From: Perkinsus chesapeaki ATCC PRA-425
Taxonomy: Eukaryota; Protista; Perkinsozoa
Assembly (NCBI GenBank): GCA_013115145.1
Contig: JAAPAO010000031.1
Span: 1 to 64,000, forward strand
Reading direction: 5' to 3'
DNA length: 64,000 bases
The notes under the pieces are model-generated. The model saw only the letters and a program-made list of their open reading frames with translations, ran no database searches and had not been told where the DNA came from. Made by a program: the position numbers and the translations under genes. Within the stretch, counting starts at the first letter, position 1, and every line of letters begins with the position of its first letter. Positions 51,215 through 64,000 of the stretch are shown here, piece by piece.

Positions 51215-53130
51215 TCTCGTAGTAGAACTTGAGTTGGTGTCCTGTGTCGGTGGTGATGTATTTATTCTCAAGGATACTTTTGCCTTTTATTCTATTTCAT
51301 GATATATCTCTGTGCTCTTCATGTGATGTCCATACCGCCGCTCTGTACTTGAGTTTACAGTCTGGCATTGGCCATTTTAAAATTTAAACCTGCTCGCATC
51401 TCGAGGTTACCTTACACAAGTTAAAAGCTAGCAGTCGATCTTATCCGCCTCTGGCAGCTTGGTAGCGTCAGGCATCACGTGGGGTTCGCCTTGCCCTATT
51501 TTACGTCGTTTGGTACGCCGCTCATTTTTATAGCAGTATACAAAATAACAATATTAACCACGCCTCGGTAACCGTGGTGGCAACAATGGACGGTTATCAT
51601 ACGCAAGTGCCTCCGTTATTCCCTGTCGGGTGCTGTCACTTCAATGCCTATACTATTTTTTGCCTAGTACCTGCTGAAAAATGCCACCGATCCAAGCCGA
51701 CCCTTGCCAAGGTGGAAGGAACAATTGTAAGTACGATGCAGCCGATTTGGCTCTTTCCCCGTAAATAATGCAGAGCTCATATCTACAACTTTTCCTCATG
51801 CAGGTCGGAAATGCTTAGCATTAGACTTTGCAGGAACCAGGCAACCGTCATGTGTCTTCGACAAGGCCAGCGGCGCATGCTCATCTTCATCCTTTATGTT
51901 TGGTCAGTTTCGTGTACTGCTAGAGTGTACCTATAATCCACTGTACTGATTTTTTCAGAACGATAAGGTTGGCCACGTAATTAGCATCCGGCAATGCCGA
52001 TCTGAGGTAGCTCTTAATGAAGTCAAGAACTCTCATCACCTTGCACTGCTATCTGCTTCTGTACTGGCTCTTGCCGTCACGATTGTTGTAAGTCCTTCGT
52101 TAACTGAGCGACATGCGACCTTAATCGCTTCGAGGTGATGACAGTATGGCTGTCTAGCTTGCGGTGTATTCGCAACCGAAAGAGAACAGTGATGGCCACG
52201 AGCCTCTCCAGATGCTTTTGGCCTAAGCTCGTGACCCAGGTCGCCCGCGCTAACCCAGGCAGTTCTTCTCGCGACTGTGAATTGCATGACATTGATAGTT
52301 TGTGAGATTTATATTCTCGAGTGGACAAGAATGACTGTCGGTTTAGTTGCTGCCAAGTCGCTCTGGTGTTAGATGCTCTAGATAGCCTTGTTTGATGAGA
52401 AACTATCCAATATGTCGCAATGGGACGACGGGAAGCTCCCTGCTAAGTTCGGGTCCTGCTTCTAATCGGTATATAACTTGCTACTCGAGAAGTGATCGAT
52501 AAAACAACTTCTCCCCCACAGTGCACCAACACGCAGTTTATGTGCTGGAGATGATGGAGAAATGTTCAACTGGAGATATGTTAAGATCTGTGGTGTTCGG
52601 AATGTTCCTTTGCTACTTGGTGTTTCGGGCTAAAGTACTTCAACGAAATAAATGATAAAATAACTCGAATAAATACTTTCTATTCCTCGTCGTTAGCAGG
52701 TTCTGATGACTACTTTCAATTAGTACTCAACAGCCCTTTGCTGGTTCCACTCTTTCAACGCAACATAACCGGATTTGCACACACATTATACCAAAGCACA
52801 TTTTTCACCGTGTGGCGTATGGATTATGGGCATGGCGGGCCAACTGCAAGCAAAGATATTACACTCGAGCACAGTGTTGCTGCACTTGCCGTATCGACGT
52901 CGAAGTCCTCATTGAATTCCTGATTGCCAGCTAGACGGTGCTGTCTGATTTTCTCCTGGAAACAAGAGTAACGGTGATGGCCTTCACGTCCCTTCTTACA
53001 TTTCGCTCGTCTGGAGGCAGCGTCTCGCTCGGGGTTGAGGACTCCTCCGCACCAGTTGCAGCGCTGAAGGCAGCGAACCCTCGCATGCGCTGAGACACAA
53101 AAAATGTTTCCTAAACGGGTGTAGCACGTC

Positions 53131-53850
53131 TTACTGGGAGAGGTGGCATTCTATCCGAGATATCTTTTGGCCGCGGCTCCAAAGCAAACTGCAGAGCTTC
53201 CTCCAATGGCTTCGATTCCTGACGGACACCTTCGCTCGACCGTAAGGGAGGCGCCTCACCAGAGATTCGTGTCGAACTATTTCGGAGTCATCTGCTGGGT
53301 GATCGGGAAGGTCTGGCATCAGTGCAACCTCATTGAGGCTGACAAGGGCATATTTCCAGTACGGTTATGAAGGGATAAACTGCTTACGGATCTCCAAGAC
53401 TTGCGATCATGCCGAGAGTTGCGGCTTGAACAGGGTTGCTATCACTGTAGGTTGGGCCACTGTTGATAGCCACAGGATACCTGCATGACACGTCCTCAAG
53501 AGTGGGTTTATTTTCATCAGCATACTTGTCCCAGACTTCCTTTATCGACTCGTCGTCGACACCAGAAGTGAACTCGCCCTCTCGCGTAGTGAGCTTCGGT
53601 CGTGGCCTTTGACGAACTGCCTCGTCTGGCCAAGAACGGCCGTGCAAAATAGGCTTATCGCCGTACCACTAAGAACGATGCATATCGTCAGGGGCGCCTT
53701 ATCTATGCCGCCTTACCATGGGTTCAACATCCATCTGTGATGGAGGATCTTCCGGCTCTTGACTATCAGTATACACCTTGTACTCCGGCGGACCATCGTC
53801 AACTTCGATGATAGGCCCTTTCCGTCTGAAAGAATCGAAATCTGGCATGT
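53131..53850 (-). CDS. Hypothetical multi-exon protein (may be the tail of the upstream coiled-coil gene)
   Basis: Exon-like pieces MPDFDSFRRKGPIIEVDDGPPEYK, EPEDPPSQMDVEPM and GVDDESIKEVWDKYADENKPTLED flanked by splice-site-like sequences. Confidence 0.35.
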
Positions 53851-54012
53851 TCCGCAGAGATGGCGGCGTACTCCGACTTGTTCGCCGCGGCCAGCAGGAG
53901 CCATGTAATGACCGTCAGGAGGGAAGACCGCATTTAAACAGTAATTGCTAAGGAATACTTCTACCAGTTAGAAACCCAACAGAAAATGGATCGAAAATGC
54001 CACATTCATGGT

Positions 54013-57000
54013 TCATGTATCAATAGCATTTATAGCAGCCATTGATAACAGTTCCTTCAGGGCTTCATTGGTTGTAAGTTGTTCCGTGTAGATATCTAGC
54101 TCGGTCTTGAGACGGTCCTTTTCCCGAGTGACGGCATCCAATGCTTCCCGTGCTGTCTTCGTATCGCGGTGCAACTCCTGCTGGACTTGATTATACATCT
54201 GATTAGAATTCACCATCATTCGTAATGTATTGATAGCTTACCGAGCATTACAGTGCGACCTTTAGAAATGAATGTCGTTTGTTTAGTTTCACATTTATCA
54301 ACAGCAAGATAGCAATACAAGTCGCATTAAGCTTCCACTAAAGGGTGTTGCGTAAGGTATCATACCTCTTTGGCCTCGGTCAAGTCTCTCTGTAAAGCTG
54401 CATTCTCTCGCGCTAATTGTGTCTTTCTCGACTCAACCTCTACCACTCGCTCCTGAAGCTCTGCAACCGCCTGTGGGTTGAGCTCGTCCTGGATGAGCGG
54501 AGCGATAAGTGTCGAAGATGCGGCCACCAGAGTTACCCTCAGTTGTTCTCGTTCCAAGTCAGCGATCCTCGCCTCATAGACACGCAGTCGATCTTCAACG
54601 GCTTTCTGCAGCAAGGCCTTCTGCTCGGCGATTCCTGCGCGCCGTTCGCGTCGGTCTAATCACAGGCTTCACGTCTCACCAGGCGAGTCGGATATCCTTA
54701 GATTGGCAGCATTCAGCTTGGCCCAGAGCTGTTTGACGCGGTGCTCATTTTTCTGGTTCGATGATACCTCCTTTACAAGCTCTTTCCACTGCCTGTCTCG
54801 TATAGTAAGAATATCGTTTTGGGCTCGAAGACCTTGAAGATCATCTGAGACCAAGTAGCTGGCCAATCACGTATGGTAGCGGTTGCTGACTACCCCAAAG
54901 AGATTCGAATCGTTCTGTGTCTGTTGCCCAGCATCGCTTCCACTGACGGGACATTTCCGCACGTAAGCGAGCTATTTCGGCATCTCCTGAGACCACTCCC
55001 GAAGATATGAGAACCGCATGAATAATTAGCGTGTTCAGATTCAACAGAGTGCTTCTGGGTTCCCAATGACTCACTCCCTGAAACCGCCATCTCGGCTATT
55101 TCCCTCCGGAGCTCCGCTTCACAACTATTGGCTGTCATCTCTTCATTCAGTTTCTTTAGTTCACGCCGGTGTCGTTTTTTTAGAGAATCAATCTCATCGG
55201 CATGCTTGTGTGCTAGCTCCGTCTAAAGCCCCGTCGAGTTGTAGTATTCAGCGCTCACCAGGGCCTACTCTGGCGGTCTCCGACTGTTTTAGCCGGTCAC
55301 GGAGAGCCTTAGTTGCAGCAACTGCCGCTTCCGCTTCCTTGTGCGCTCGTATGGAGGAACCCACAAGCTTCCAAAACAAAACAGAAAGCTTGCGTGATGA
55401 CTGAGGGGCAAATCTCAAGTGGGTGGCATCCAATAGCGCGCACCTCGAAGCCATGGGCCCTCAGCCTTCTGAGCAATGCCACCAACTGTGCTTCATCCTC
55501 TCTGGTATGGTCTGTTGCAGTCTCAGAGCCTTCGAGCAATTTCAGTCGTTGCCTCAGGTATGATGTTGTTGCGCGCAACCTGACCAAGGACAAGTTTAAA
55601 TTTGTTGTGGAAATGCTAGGCAGGGATATAACATGGATATAGAATGGTATAGATATCGGCTGTGTGGTCTAGTGGTATGATTCTCGCTTAGGGTGCGAGA
55701 GGTCCCGAGTTCAATTCTCGGCACAGCCCTTTAACCGCTGCCCTCGTGTTCGTACTAGCGGGACCGCATAGACAGTATCGATGTCTGAACCAACTGCAGC
55801 GCATGTAGCTCGATTGGGCGCGCGCTGCGCACTTTGCTGCGCGTTCTGACAGCTGGTATCAATGCTACCGCAGCATCCGCCTGATAGAGCAGGTTTGGTG
55901 GCTGCTATGTGATTCAGGCGGGGACAATGGTACTCCTCTTGTGTTATAAATGACAGGAACTTCCCGAACAACTCATGTCCCAAGGCTTGCGGTCGGGAAG
56001 AGTTATCTACATAATCTTATCGTGATCCCCACCACGGCTGAGTTATCGTGTGCCTGGTTTCCTAGCCACACGCTCACAGTGATTGCAGCCTCCAACGGCT
56101 GGTTACAACAATATTGGCAACAGTGAGTAATGCGTGGTAGAACCGGAAAACGTAGGAAGCCTAGAGCCGCTATCAGCAACTAGTAACTACTATTATAGTA
56201 GTCACTATATGATCCCTAATACTCCAATAGAACTATAGACTTCTACTATAGTAGCACTATAGTAGAGGTCTATAGTTCTATTGCGATCCGGTGCGCTTAC
56301 TCTTCGCATTCCTTCTCTATCCTGAACGTTCTTTCCATTGCCTCGGCATCTCCACAGACCGAGGCAACTGTGCTCGAGTCTCCGGCAAAAGGGCTCGACG
56401 CACCAGCTCCACTCGCGCTCATCTCTGACACTTGATCGCTCAACTCAAGGGTTTGCCGAAGCGCTTCAGCATCTCTGGATTGTCGCTCCAGGATGAGCCT
56501 TTCTTCGTCAATCCTGTTCATCTGAAGAGCGGAGCAAAAGTCTCAGCATGAAAGGGAAACGCTGCCACCAACTGGAGTGAAATCCGCTGCGGGAATCCTA
56601 CCAATTTTTCAAGATTCAGCATCAGTTCCCTGTCACTAGGCGGCAGCGCTTTGCCTTGTTGCCGCCTATCCAGCGATGATACGGCTGCCTCGTATAGATC
56701 CTGGATATCCTCAGCTGTTGTTGAAGGACGACGGGACGCTGCGCTGAGAACCTGAATACTCAGAGATGATGGATTTACCACTCGTAGAGCTGCGTAGTTT
56801 ACCCGATCGCCGAGCTGCAGTCTTTCATCCTCAGATGCGCGCACTCGTTCGTTTTGCTTCCTCATGGCCATTTCCATCCGTGCCATCGCCTCCTCAACAG
56901 CAGCATACTCTGCAACGGTGGGGGATCGGTCACGGAAGCCTCCCTGAAAAGCAGTCATCCCTCGCCTTCCTGCATTGTAACTCCCACAGCCTGCTCCTTC

Positions 57001-58481
57001 ATAACTTTGGCCCGTAGCACCGCATCGTCGGCGAGACCAGACTCTGCCTCCCACAGTGCCGCGCTATGGCTCTCCTTGAGAAGCTCTTTTTCATGTGCGA
57101 ACCTACCCGTACAGTGTAGAAGATCAGTTACCAAGCCAACCTGAGCTCCTGTTCCAGCAGCTTTCTCTGAGTCAGGTCCTCCATAGCCCTATAGGCTTCC
57201 TTGTCCATATCCAACTGCCTATGGAGCCGCTTAACCTAGAAACACACCATCCCTCTCTCAGTCATGCGACCTGTCCCACTGACCTCGCTTCTTAATCGGT
57301 GGATAATAGCCTCTCCACGTTCAGCTGCATCAGCGCCGCTCGCCCATTGGAACGAGCTGCCCTCCACGGACTTCGCGACAGCTGGCTCCACCCGAGCAGC
57401 ATCAGACTTCATCGCCCGCTGTGTCGGCTCCACTGCTTTCCTACTGTGTTCCTCTGGCTGAGGATGCTGCTCCTTAGCATGCTTGCCGTTAGTTGAATGA
57501 CGAGCTGGAGATTGCTGACATGCAAACTGATCGGAGATGACTCACCCGTCTTGCCTTACCTTTTCCTCTGAGGTGGCTGTCTCCCTCTTTCCCTCAGAAG
57601 GCTGCAAGGCCGGCTGGTGGCGGTGAAGTGACGATCCGTCCGCCCGCTCCCTTATGGGCGGCCCCGCTTCCTTTTCCTCCCGATCACTGACTGCCGACTC
57701 CCTAGCAGTTTCCACAGATAAGCCTCCGCCCTGAATAACGCTCCAATAGGCAACTCAAGCCAAGAGCTCACTTTCAGCAGGCTCTGCACAGACGCATCAG
57801 ACTGGAGGAACTTCGCCACTCGAGCATCTATTGGTAGCTCAAAATCGGCGGAGAAGTCATGACTTTGGCATAGGTTCCACAAGAAGTACAACGCTGCCAG
57901 TGTGTTGTACATTGCCGCAGCGAAGGCCTTGTCATTGAGGGCCGCCCTCTCGACAGTCGACCACCGAGCGGCGGCGTCTAGCAGATCACTCGGTACGTCG
58001 GCAGCATTGGCTATTCTTGATATCCCCTCCCATGCATCACAGGTAGTGCCCAGCGGAGATAGGTCTGGCCAAACCTGAGCAACCAAACGGAGCTTTGATA
58101 CGGAGGCTGCTGGTGCCGCTGCAAATATTGCAGTGTAGTGGCCCAAGCTATGATTCTTTATACAATCAATATTCGTCAAGACTGTGCAGCTTCTAAGGTC
58201 TATCATTTAAGCTCGTTAATTACACTAAACAGTAGAATATACTATTGCAAGGTCGGCCCGCCTGTGCAGGGCGGAGTTCGCGTCGATATGCTCTCACTTG
58301 CTGGACCATCTCTAGCAATATCTCTCCATCTTGCAAGTCTGCGAACCCATCTACTGTAGCGGAGTGGGTCTGCTTTGATATCCACTGAAACGCTACGACA
58401 GTCGCCGGCCTTGTTCCGTTTACGTCTCACCTTGAAAAGGTCTTTCGGCTGCACATTAGCTTTAGAGTCGGAGGAGGGCAT
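54013..58481 (-). CDS. Large coiled-coil protein with an N-terminal calponin-homology-like domain, multi-exon
   Basis: Spliced N-terminus MPSSDSKANVQPKDLFK|WISKQTHSATVDGFADLQDGEILLEMVQQ resembles CH helix A and the DL.DG motif. Long heptad exons follow (EEAMARMEMAMRKQNERVRASEDERLQL; ELQERVVEVESRKTQLARENAALQRDL). Confidence 0.65.
55658..55729 (+). tRNA. trnP-AGG: tRNA-Pro (AGG)
   Basis: GGCTGTG..CACAGCC acceptor stem, D arm TGGTCTAGTGGTATGA, anticodon arm CTCGC-TTAGGGT-GCGAG, T arm CCGAG-TTCAATT-CTCGG; 72 nt. Confidence 0.97.
56225..56283. repeat. 28-bp inverted repeat with a 3-nt loop
   Basis: caatagaactatagacttctactatagt (56225-56252), agc, actatagtagaggtctatagttctattg (56256-56283): 27 Watson-Crick pairs plus one T-G pair on the + strand. 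Confidence 0.97.
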
Positions 58482-59141
58482 GCAAATCCAGCGCGTTCAC
58501 TACTATCGTGACGTTAATTTACAGCGTAAAAGCTTTGGTGCATGAAACTGGGTATTTAGGTTGATGAAAACAGTCAAACTTAATGAAGGGAATAGTTGGC
58601 AACAGCCAAGCTCATCGAGCCGCCACAGGCGAGGTCGGATACCTGACACTTACAAAATCCGAAACGCGCATCCACGATCTGCATGGGGGTATTAACTATC
58701 TACATGCTTGCTGTGTGGTACCTTACCTGATCGAATTTGAGATCATCTGCTGCCTTCTGCATCTCACTGGCGTCTATCGGCGTAGGAGGCACAAAGGAAG
58801 TCTTCGATGGTGCTGCAGTAGCTTGGTTCTCCGAGTTGTATCCGAAGCCATATAGTGTACCCCCTACAATCATCACTAAGCCAACCATGGCAATCCACCG
58901 TCGGCCTTACCCTTCGCGACAGCTCCATGAGCCTCTCCCACGGCCGCTGCCTCCACCTTGCCTTCACCAGATATCAGCACGCTCGCTGCGCCACCGCCAC
59001 CTAGCTTGGCCATCATGGTTCCAGATGCTGGGGGCTCGTTCTCTGAGGAAAATGACTTAGAGACAGAAAAAATATACCCTATCGAAGAGCCGCTAGTCGA
59101 CCCACAATTTAACGCCCTTCAAATTCTTAGGAAAAATGTTT

Positions 59142-61604
59142 TCAGGCCGAAAACATCTCGTTTGCGTATTGCTCATGAAAGTGCGGAACAACATTAGTCC
59201 AGGGAAACTTGAAAGGATCACTGTCGAATGCGACTAAGGAATTTATATCCCCTATGCAACGGTCGTTTATATCACAAGTCTGCAAGTATCTTGCCCGTTT
59301 CCATGAAAGTGCAAGACAATAGAGGCTTGCTGGCAAATGGTCATTCCAAAGGGTCATTGATGGGCAGGCTACACTATGTCATACCGCATGGCCTCACCTT
59401 TATGGTCGCCATTCTTAGTATGCTCCTCATTCTTCACTGGTGTCTCCACCTCAGGGCCAGCAGCCTGCACTGCGCCCCACATAACCACGGACTCATCGGC
59501 GTCATCGCAAACGCAAATCGTTGTCACCTGTTTCCGCAAGTTATTCTATCTCACTCTTCCGACTTCCCACCTTTCCTGCAGTAACGCTTTTGACCGGCTG
59601 AGGAACAGGTACTCTGGTCGCCTCGGTGAAGTCCTGGTGGAGACCGTGACCGATTTGCCCTGCGGAAGAACACCTTAGCGACACTCACCGCATCACGACC
59701 AACCTTGAGAATTGCTGCCCCAGGCATAGACGGAGCCGTCCTTGCCCACCGCGACACTGTGCCCGCCTCCAGCCGCTATATCGCTGATCTCGGGCAGATG
59801 TGGTACCTATTCGATATTGAACTTCTGGAGGCAAACACTGCATGGGTACCTTTTGAGGGCGCTGCTGGCCTACCACATCAATGCCGTGGAGGCCCCATCC
59901 AAGCTGACCGAAATCTGAATGAAAAATTAGTTGACAAATTATAATCCGTCAAAACTGGGGTGCACAGGGGCCTAAAGTGAGCAGTTGTTGATCGCCTCAC
60001 CGTTATATCCCCAGGAATAGACCTCTCCTTCCTTAGTCAATGCCAGCATGTGCTGGTCTCCACAAGATACCTAAGATGATAGAGCAGGATAGTGATGATG
60101 ACGGATGTGGGATACAGTAGTGTGAATGTGAAATGAATACAGCAGCAGCAGCAGCCAAGCTCACTTTAACAATCCTCTTTCCTGCTAAACCCACTGTTGA
60201 ATTATCCTGGCCTGGCTTGTTGCCATTGCACCAAGTCTCTATAAAGAGTCTGGGCCAATTGCTCGCTTGGTATCTGATCATTCGGATATCTCAATTGATA
60301 GTGAAGGTGGAAGGTGATAGTGATACAGGTTCCCTAAAATTGTTTCCCCGATCTACTTCACAACAACAATTAACCCGATCCCTTAGGACGAGAAATTGAG
60401 TCAATTTAATTGACCGCGAAAAAGATGGATCTGGACGGTCGGGAATCCAAACTGCAAGGATAAGCTAATAATGTCTGATGATAACTACATCCACGAGGTT
60501 ACTTTCGGCCATCACGCGCCATGACGGTAAAAACGGAATAATGATGGAATAATATAACCACTGTTCGATCACCCATTAAATCATTCACAGTAGGGCCGTT
60601 CAAGATGAGTATTCCCGCATGCTCACCTTCCCCAAGTCCACAGCTGCCCTGACTTTGTTATAGCAGCTGAATAATCAGGTCCACATGCAACTGAAACAGG
60701 TATCGTTATCGCAAGCACATCAATAATGGCTCACTCTTATCGATATACACATCACTAGGTAGCACAACACTCGTTGGGATGATCCTGCCACGCTCATCTC
60801 CTGTACCAAGCTGACCAGAGTCATTGATGCCCCATGACATGACCTGATCCCAAGCCTCACAACACTACCGTGCTTCACTGCTATCACCTTGCCCCCTTCG
60901 GTCAGCGCTACTGCATGGCCGGCGCCTACCGCTACAGCCTTAACACGCTTCCGTGCAAGAGACAAAACATTCTCCAGTCCAGGCACCGATTGGCTGCCTG
61001 AGGTGCAATTACGATGCCTATAATGATGCTCGGGAAATTATGAGACCTTTTAAAAGCGCTCAGAAATATAGCGAACGCAATATTTCTGTTAGTACGGATT
61101 TTAGTACGCAGTAGCGAATACATGCTCTGCACGCTACGGGAAACGTATCCAAGCTTCAAGCGTGCACGAAGCATTCTAAGTCGGTATAAGATCTATATCG
61201 GATCTTACCAGTCCACGGCATTCTCCCCCACGCAAAGACTCTGCTGTCAGACGTCACCGCTGCCGGGGAGCCATCAACCACTTGGACCAGGCCACCATAA
61301 GATACATACCTGGCTCACTAATGCTACCTCCCCCACAGTCCCAAGATTTACCCTGTAATGGCGGCGCTGTCTGGAATGTACACTCCAACCTCAGATCTCA
61401 GATGGACAGTGTAGACACTGATGAACTGACGCAAACGGTTATAGTTCTCAACCTGACAACAGCACAGCTTTCCCTCGACCAAGAGATGCAGACTAATACA
61501 AATAGCTTCTTGAGGTTCATGCTGGGGCCTTCCTCATACCCTCCATGCTTCGGCAGACGAATCTTTATACAGCATGGGGGACCACGGCGACCATGGTAGG
61601 CCAT
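59142..61604 (-). CDS. RCC1-repeat protein, multi-exon; ends uncertain
   Basis: VAVGAGHAVALTEGGKVMSWGINDSGQLGTGD, IACGPDYSAAITKSGQLWTWG, IVKVSCGDQHMLALTKEGEVYSWGYNDFGQLG, IAAGGGHSVAVGKDGSVYAWGSNSQGQIGHG. Confidence 0.88.
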
Positions 61605-61857
61605 ATAGAGCTGATAGAGATGAAGGATTTATGGTATGGATTATGATAAGATATATTCCGAAGACACAGCATTGATGAAAGTATATAAGATACTATCGAC
61701 ATTAGTATAATGCTAATACATGTTTTTATTATTAACATATACTATACAAGTTGACATAACAATACATAACATGTCGTCTTAAACTACCTTAAATCGTCTC
61801 TCCTTCTTTGGTGCAATATATTCCATTTCAACCTTCTTTCGCTCCCCTGTAGGATCC

Positions 61858-62262
61858 TCAAGTGCTGCATCTTCCTCTCGTTCCCGAAGCTAACACCGAT
61901 AAAACTTCATTACTAAATGGACAATACCGACCGCCGTAGTAAGCCAGCTGCATCTCGAGTTTAAAAATCTCATTTCCAACGTACAAAATAGCCAGCTTGC
62001 GCCACGTCAGAGAATATGCCGGAATCTCCACAAATACTACCTTTCTCTTTTCCGTCTCTTCGTTTCTTACAGAATCATACGCTCGAGAATCTATCCCATT
62101 GATATCACCTAAGCGTATCTTTGCGCACTCGGAAGATTTCACCGGTATTACATATCTCATCAGGATCGTTGCCGTAGAGTGGCGGGGCGTCGACGTGATC
62201 TGGATCAATCATAACAGTACAACCAATAAACTGCGCAAAGAACCTCTCACCACAACCGACAT
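61858..62262 (-). pseudogene. Degenerate secreted-type orphan gene (in-frame TGA inside a signal-like leader)
   Basis: ATG 62262 gives MSVVVRGSLRSLLVVLL*LIQITS.., in frame with ORF 61858-62208; TGA at 62209-62211. Confidence 0.3.
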
Positions 62263-64000
62263 TCCGGCACGCAACAGAACCTCAACCAGAAACATCTCAT
62301 GACGTGGACTGGGCCCAGCGAGGGCTGTTCGATGGCTTCCCTTTTTTCAGCTTCTTCCACTTCTCCGTCTGAAATACCACAGCTAGAGGTGTCAGAAAAA
62401 TACCATCTCATACATAATAGGTATCTCGTCGCTTAAGCCTATCCAGCTCCTGTTGAGGATATGGAAGACCGAGAACCGTCCGATATGCTATCTCATGGTT
62501 TCGAACCTGCGCGGGTTTATTGACGACTCAGTACGCCAAAGAGCTCACCCGAAACAACGATTCCCCTACTCGGATGAACATCTTGCTCCATTGCCCTGAC
62601 AATGACAATACTATCGTTCGTTTTCTATCACAATCACGCATGATGCACTCTGCATCTATCTTGCCATCTCAATAGAAAAATGAGCTCGCAAGGTTTCCGC
62701 ATTCAACCTAGGCTTTGCCACACGGCCTTTATTTCCACTCTAGCTGTGCACGAATTTCGTGACATCCTGGAGTCAATACCGTCACCCGAAATCTCAGTGA
62801 AAGAGAATACGTATCTTCGCTGTCCCTTTCGACACAATCGCCATCTGTCCCCAGCAATACCTTTCTTATTCCTTTTTTTATTCCATGTCGCAAAGGAAAC
62901 ACTCAAGGGGCCACCCAGCAACCCTGGCCGACCGCCGACAAGATACGGACATACAAAAGTCAACAACATAACTACAATGCAGATCCATAATTACCGCGCG
63001 CCAAGAAAATACTTTGCTTTCAGAGACACATAGTGCAAGCCATGGCTATATGTCAAATTGTTGCTCATCATACCGGAAGGAGATGTAATTGACCCGACAG
63101 GAATCTTGTGGGTCGGATAATATGTACCTGATGGCACCCAAAGCGAGATGGCCAGTGTCGGAATACTCCCTAGCTTCATTGAAAGAGTCGGGAAATTCAT
63201 CACAGAAATCGTATAAAGGCGTATGCTCGAATGCTGGGATGGAAAAGATACTAGCTGGTTCAATAGAAAATGTGGTACTAGCAAATAAAAGCACCGAATG
63301 CGCTCACTGATGAGAAATATGATAACGGAGTTCTAGTGAAGACTGTCCACTCTCAACGATGCACTAAATTCGACATTCCAATCGCTAAGCTACAACCTTT
63401 AGCAAGTTGCAACATCCCTGTTCGTTCCTTATAGCCACATGCGCCTATAAACCATGGGTTCCCGGTCCCCCCGTTATAACCTCAACGCACTGTCCAATAC
63501 AGCAGCTGAGAACATCTCTCTACTGGCCACTGTCACCGGATGAGCTATACCCAGGGGAAAGTCCTCCAATAGCACCTTTACATCCTCCGGGAAGGTAGGC
63601 TCATGCCACTCAACGATAAGCACATCACACCTATCACTCCGCCACTATCGACATGCAGCCATCAGTTGCCTTACCGACACAGAGCCGTCCTTTCCCAAAG
63701 CATCCGTCTAAGTATCCTGAACTCCGAGCCTTCAATATCCATCACGCAAACGCAGGAATCTTCCTTTCGGCAATTAGCTAGTAAAAAGTATCTTTAGGTC
63801 GGATTGAGCTCCTGTACCAGCGATGTAATCTATGATATCTACCACAGCAACTTCCTCTCCCTCAGAGACCAGCCGACCCCCCTCATCTCGAACCGATCCC
63901 AGCGACCCATTGGACGGTCTCGCAAAGTACCTTGATACTGGCAAGTCAACAAATCAACCTCCCAAAAATCTTAAAGATACTTTTACAGCGACCTCTCTTC

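Noticed and set aside
52036-52287. HHCS..PYCHHLEAI, vaguely SWIM zinc-finger-like (MULE transposase?)
   Set aside because: Lacks the CxC spacing; no transposase domain or terminal inverted repeats nearby.
60273-60626. Enlarged RCC1 intron with a short palindrome gtcaatt-t-aattgac (60400-60414)
   Set aside because: A 7-bp AT-rich stem is expected by chance; no snoRNA boxes found on the host strand.

Overview
Eukaryotic, gene-dense (~50% GC) DNA with many 40-60 nt GT-AG introns. Intron style and gene content suggest an alveolate such as Perkinsus (inference). Multi-exon models were spliced by eye, so their outer boundaries are approximate. 0.1-17.4 kb: a minus-strand run of an LTA4H-type M1 aminopeptidase (HExxH motif reads NEIAH), NMD3, an ankyrin-SAM-TM protein, a TMEM164-like protein and a Mei2-like RRM protein. 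18.4-28.3 kb: a plus-strand tandem array of five intronless pepsin-like aspartic protease genes (one frameshifted, one with a DTR second motif) showing patchwork identity and a conserved 3' element. Directly after it, an unrelated ORF carries the protease leader sequence, apparently a chimera. Further on: an NSRP1-like gene, a lysyl-tRNA synthetase with an in-frame presequence-like extension, orphan secreted genes, a 1-Cys peroxiredoxin, a CH-like/coiled-coil gene whose 721-nt intron appears to hold an antisense tRNA-Pro(AGG) and a 28-bp hairpin, and an RCC1-repeat gene. No rRNA, CRISPR or recognisable transposase was found.
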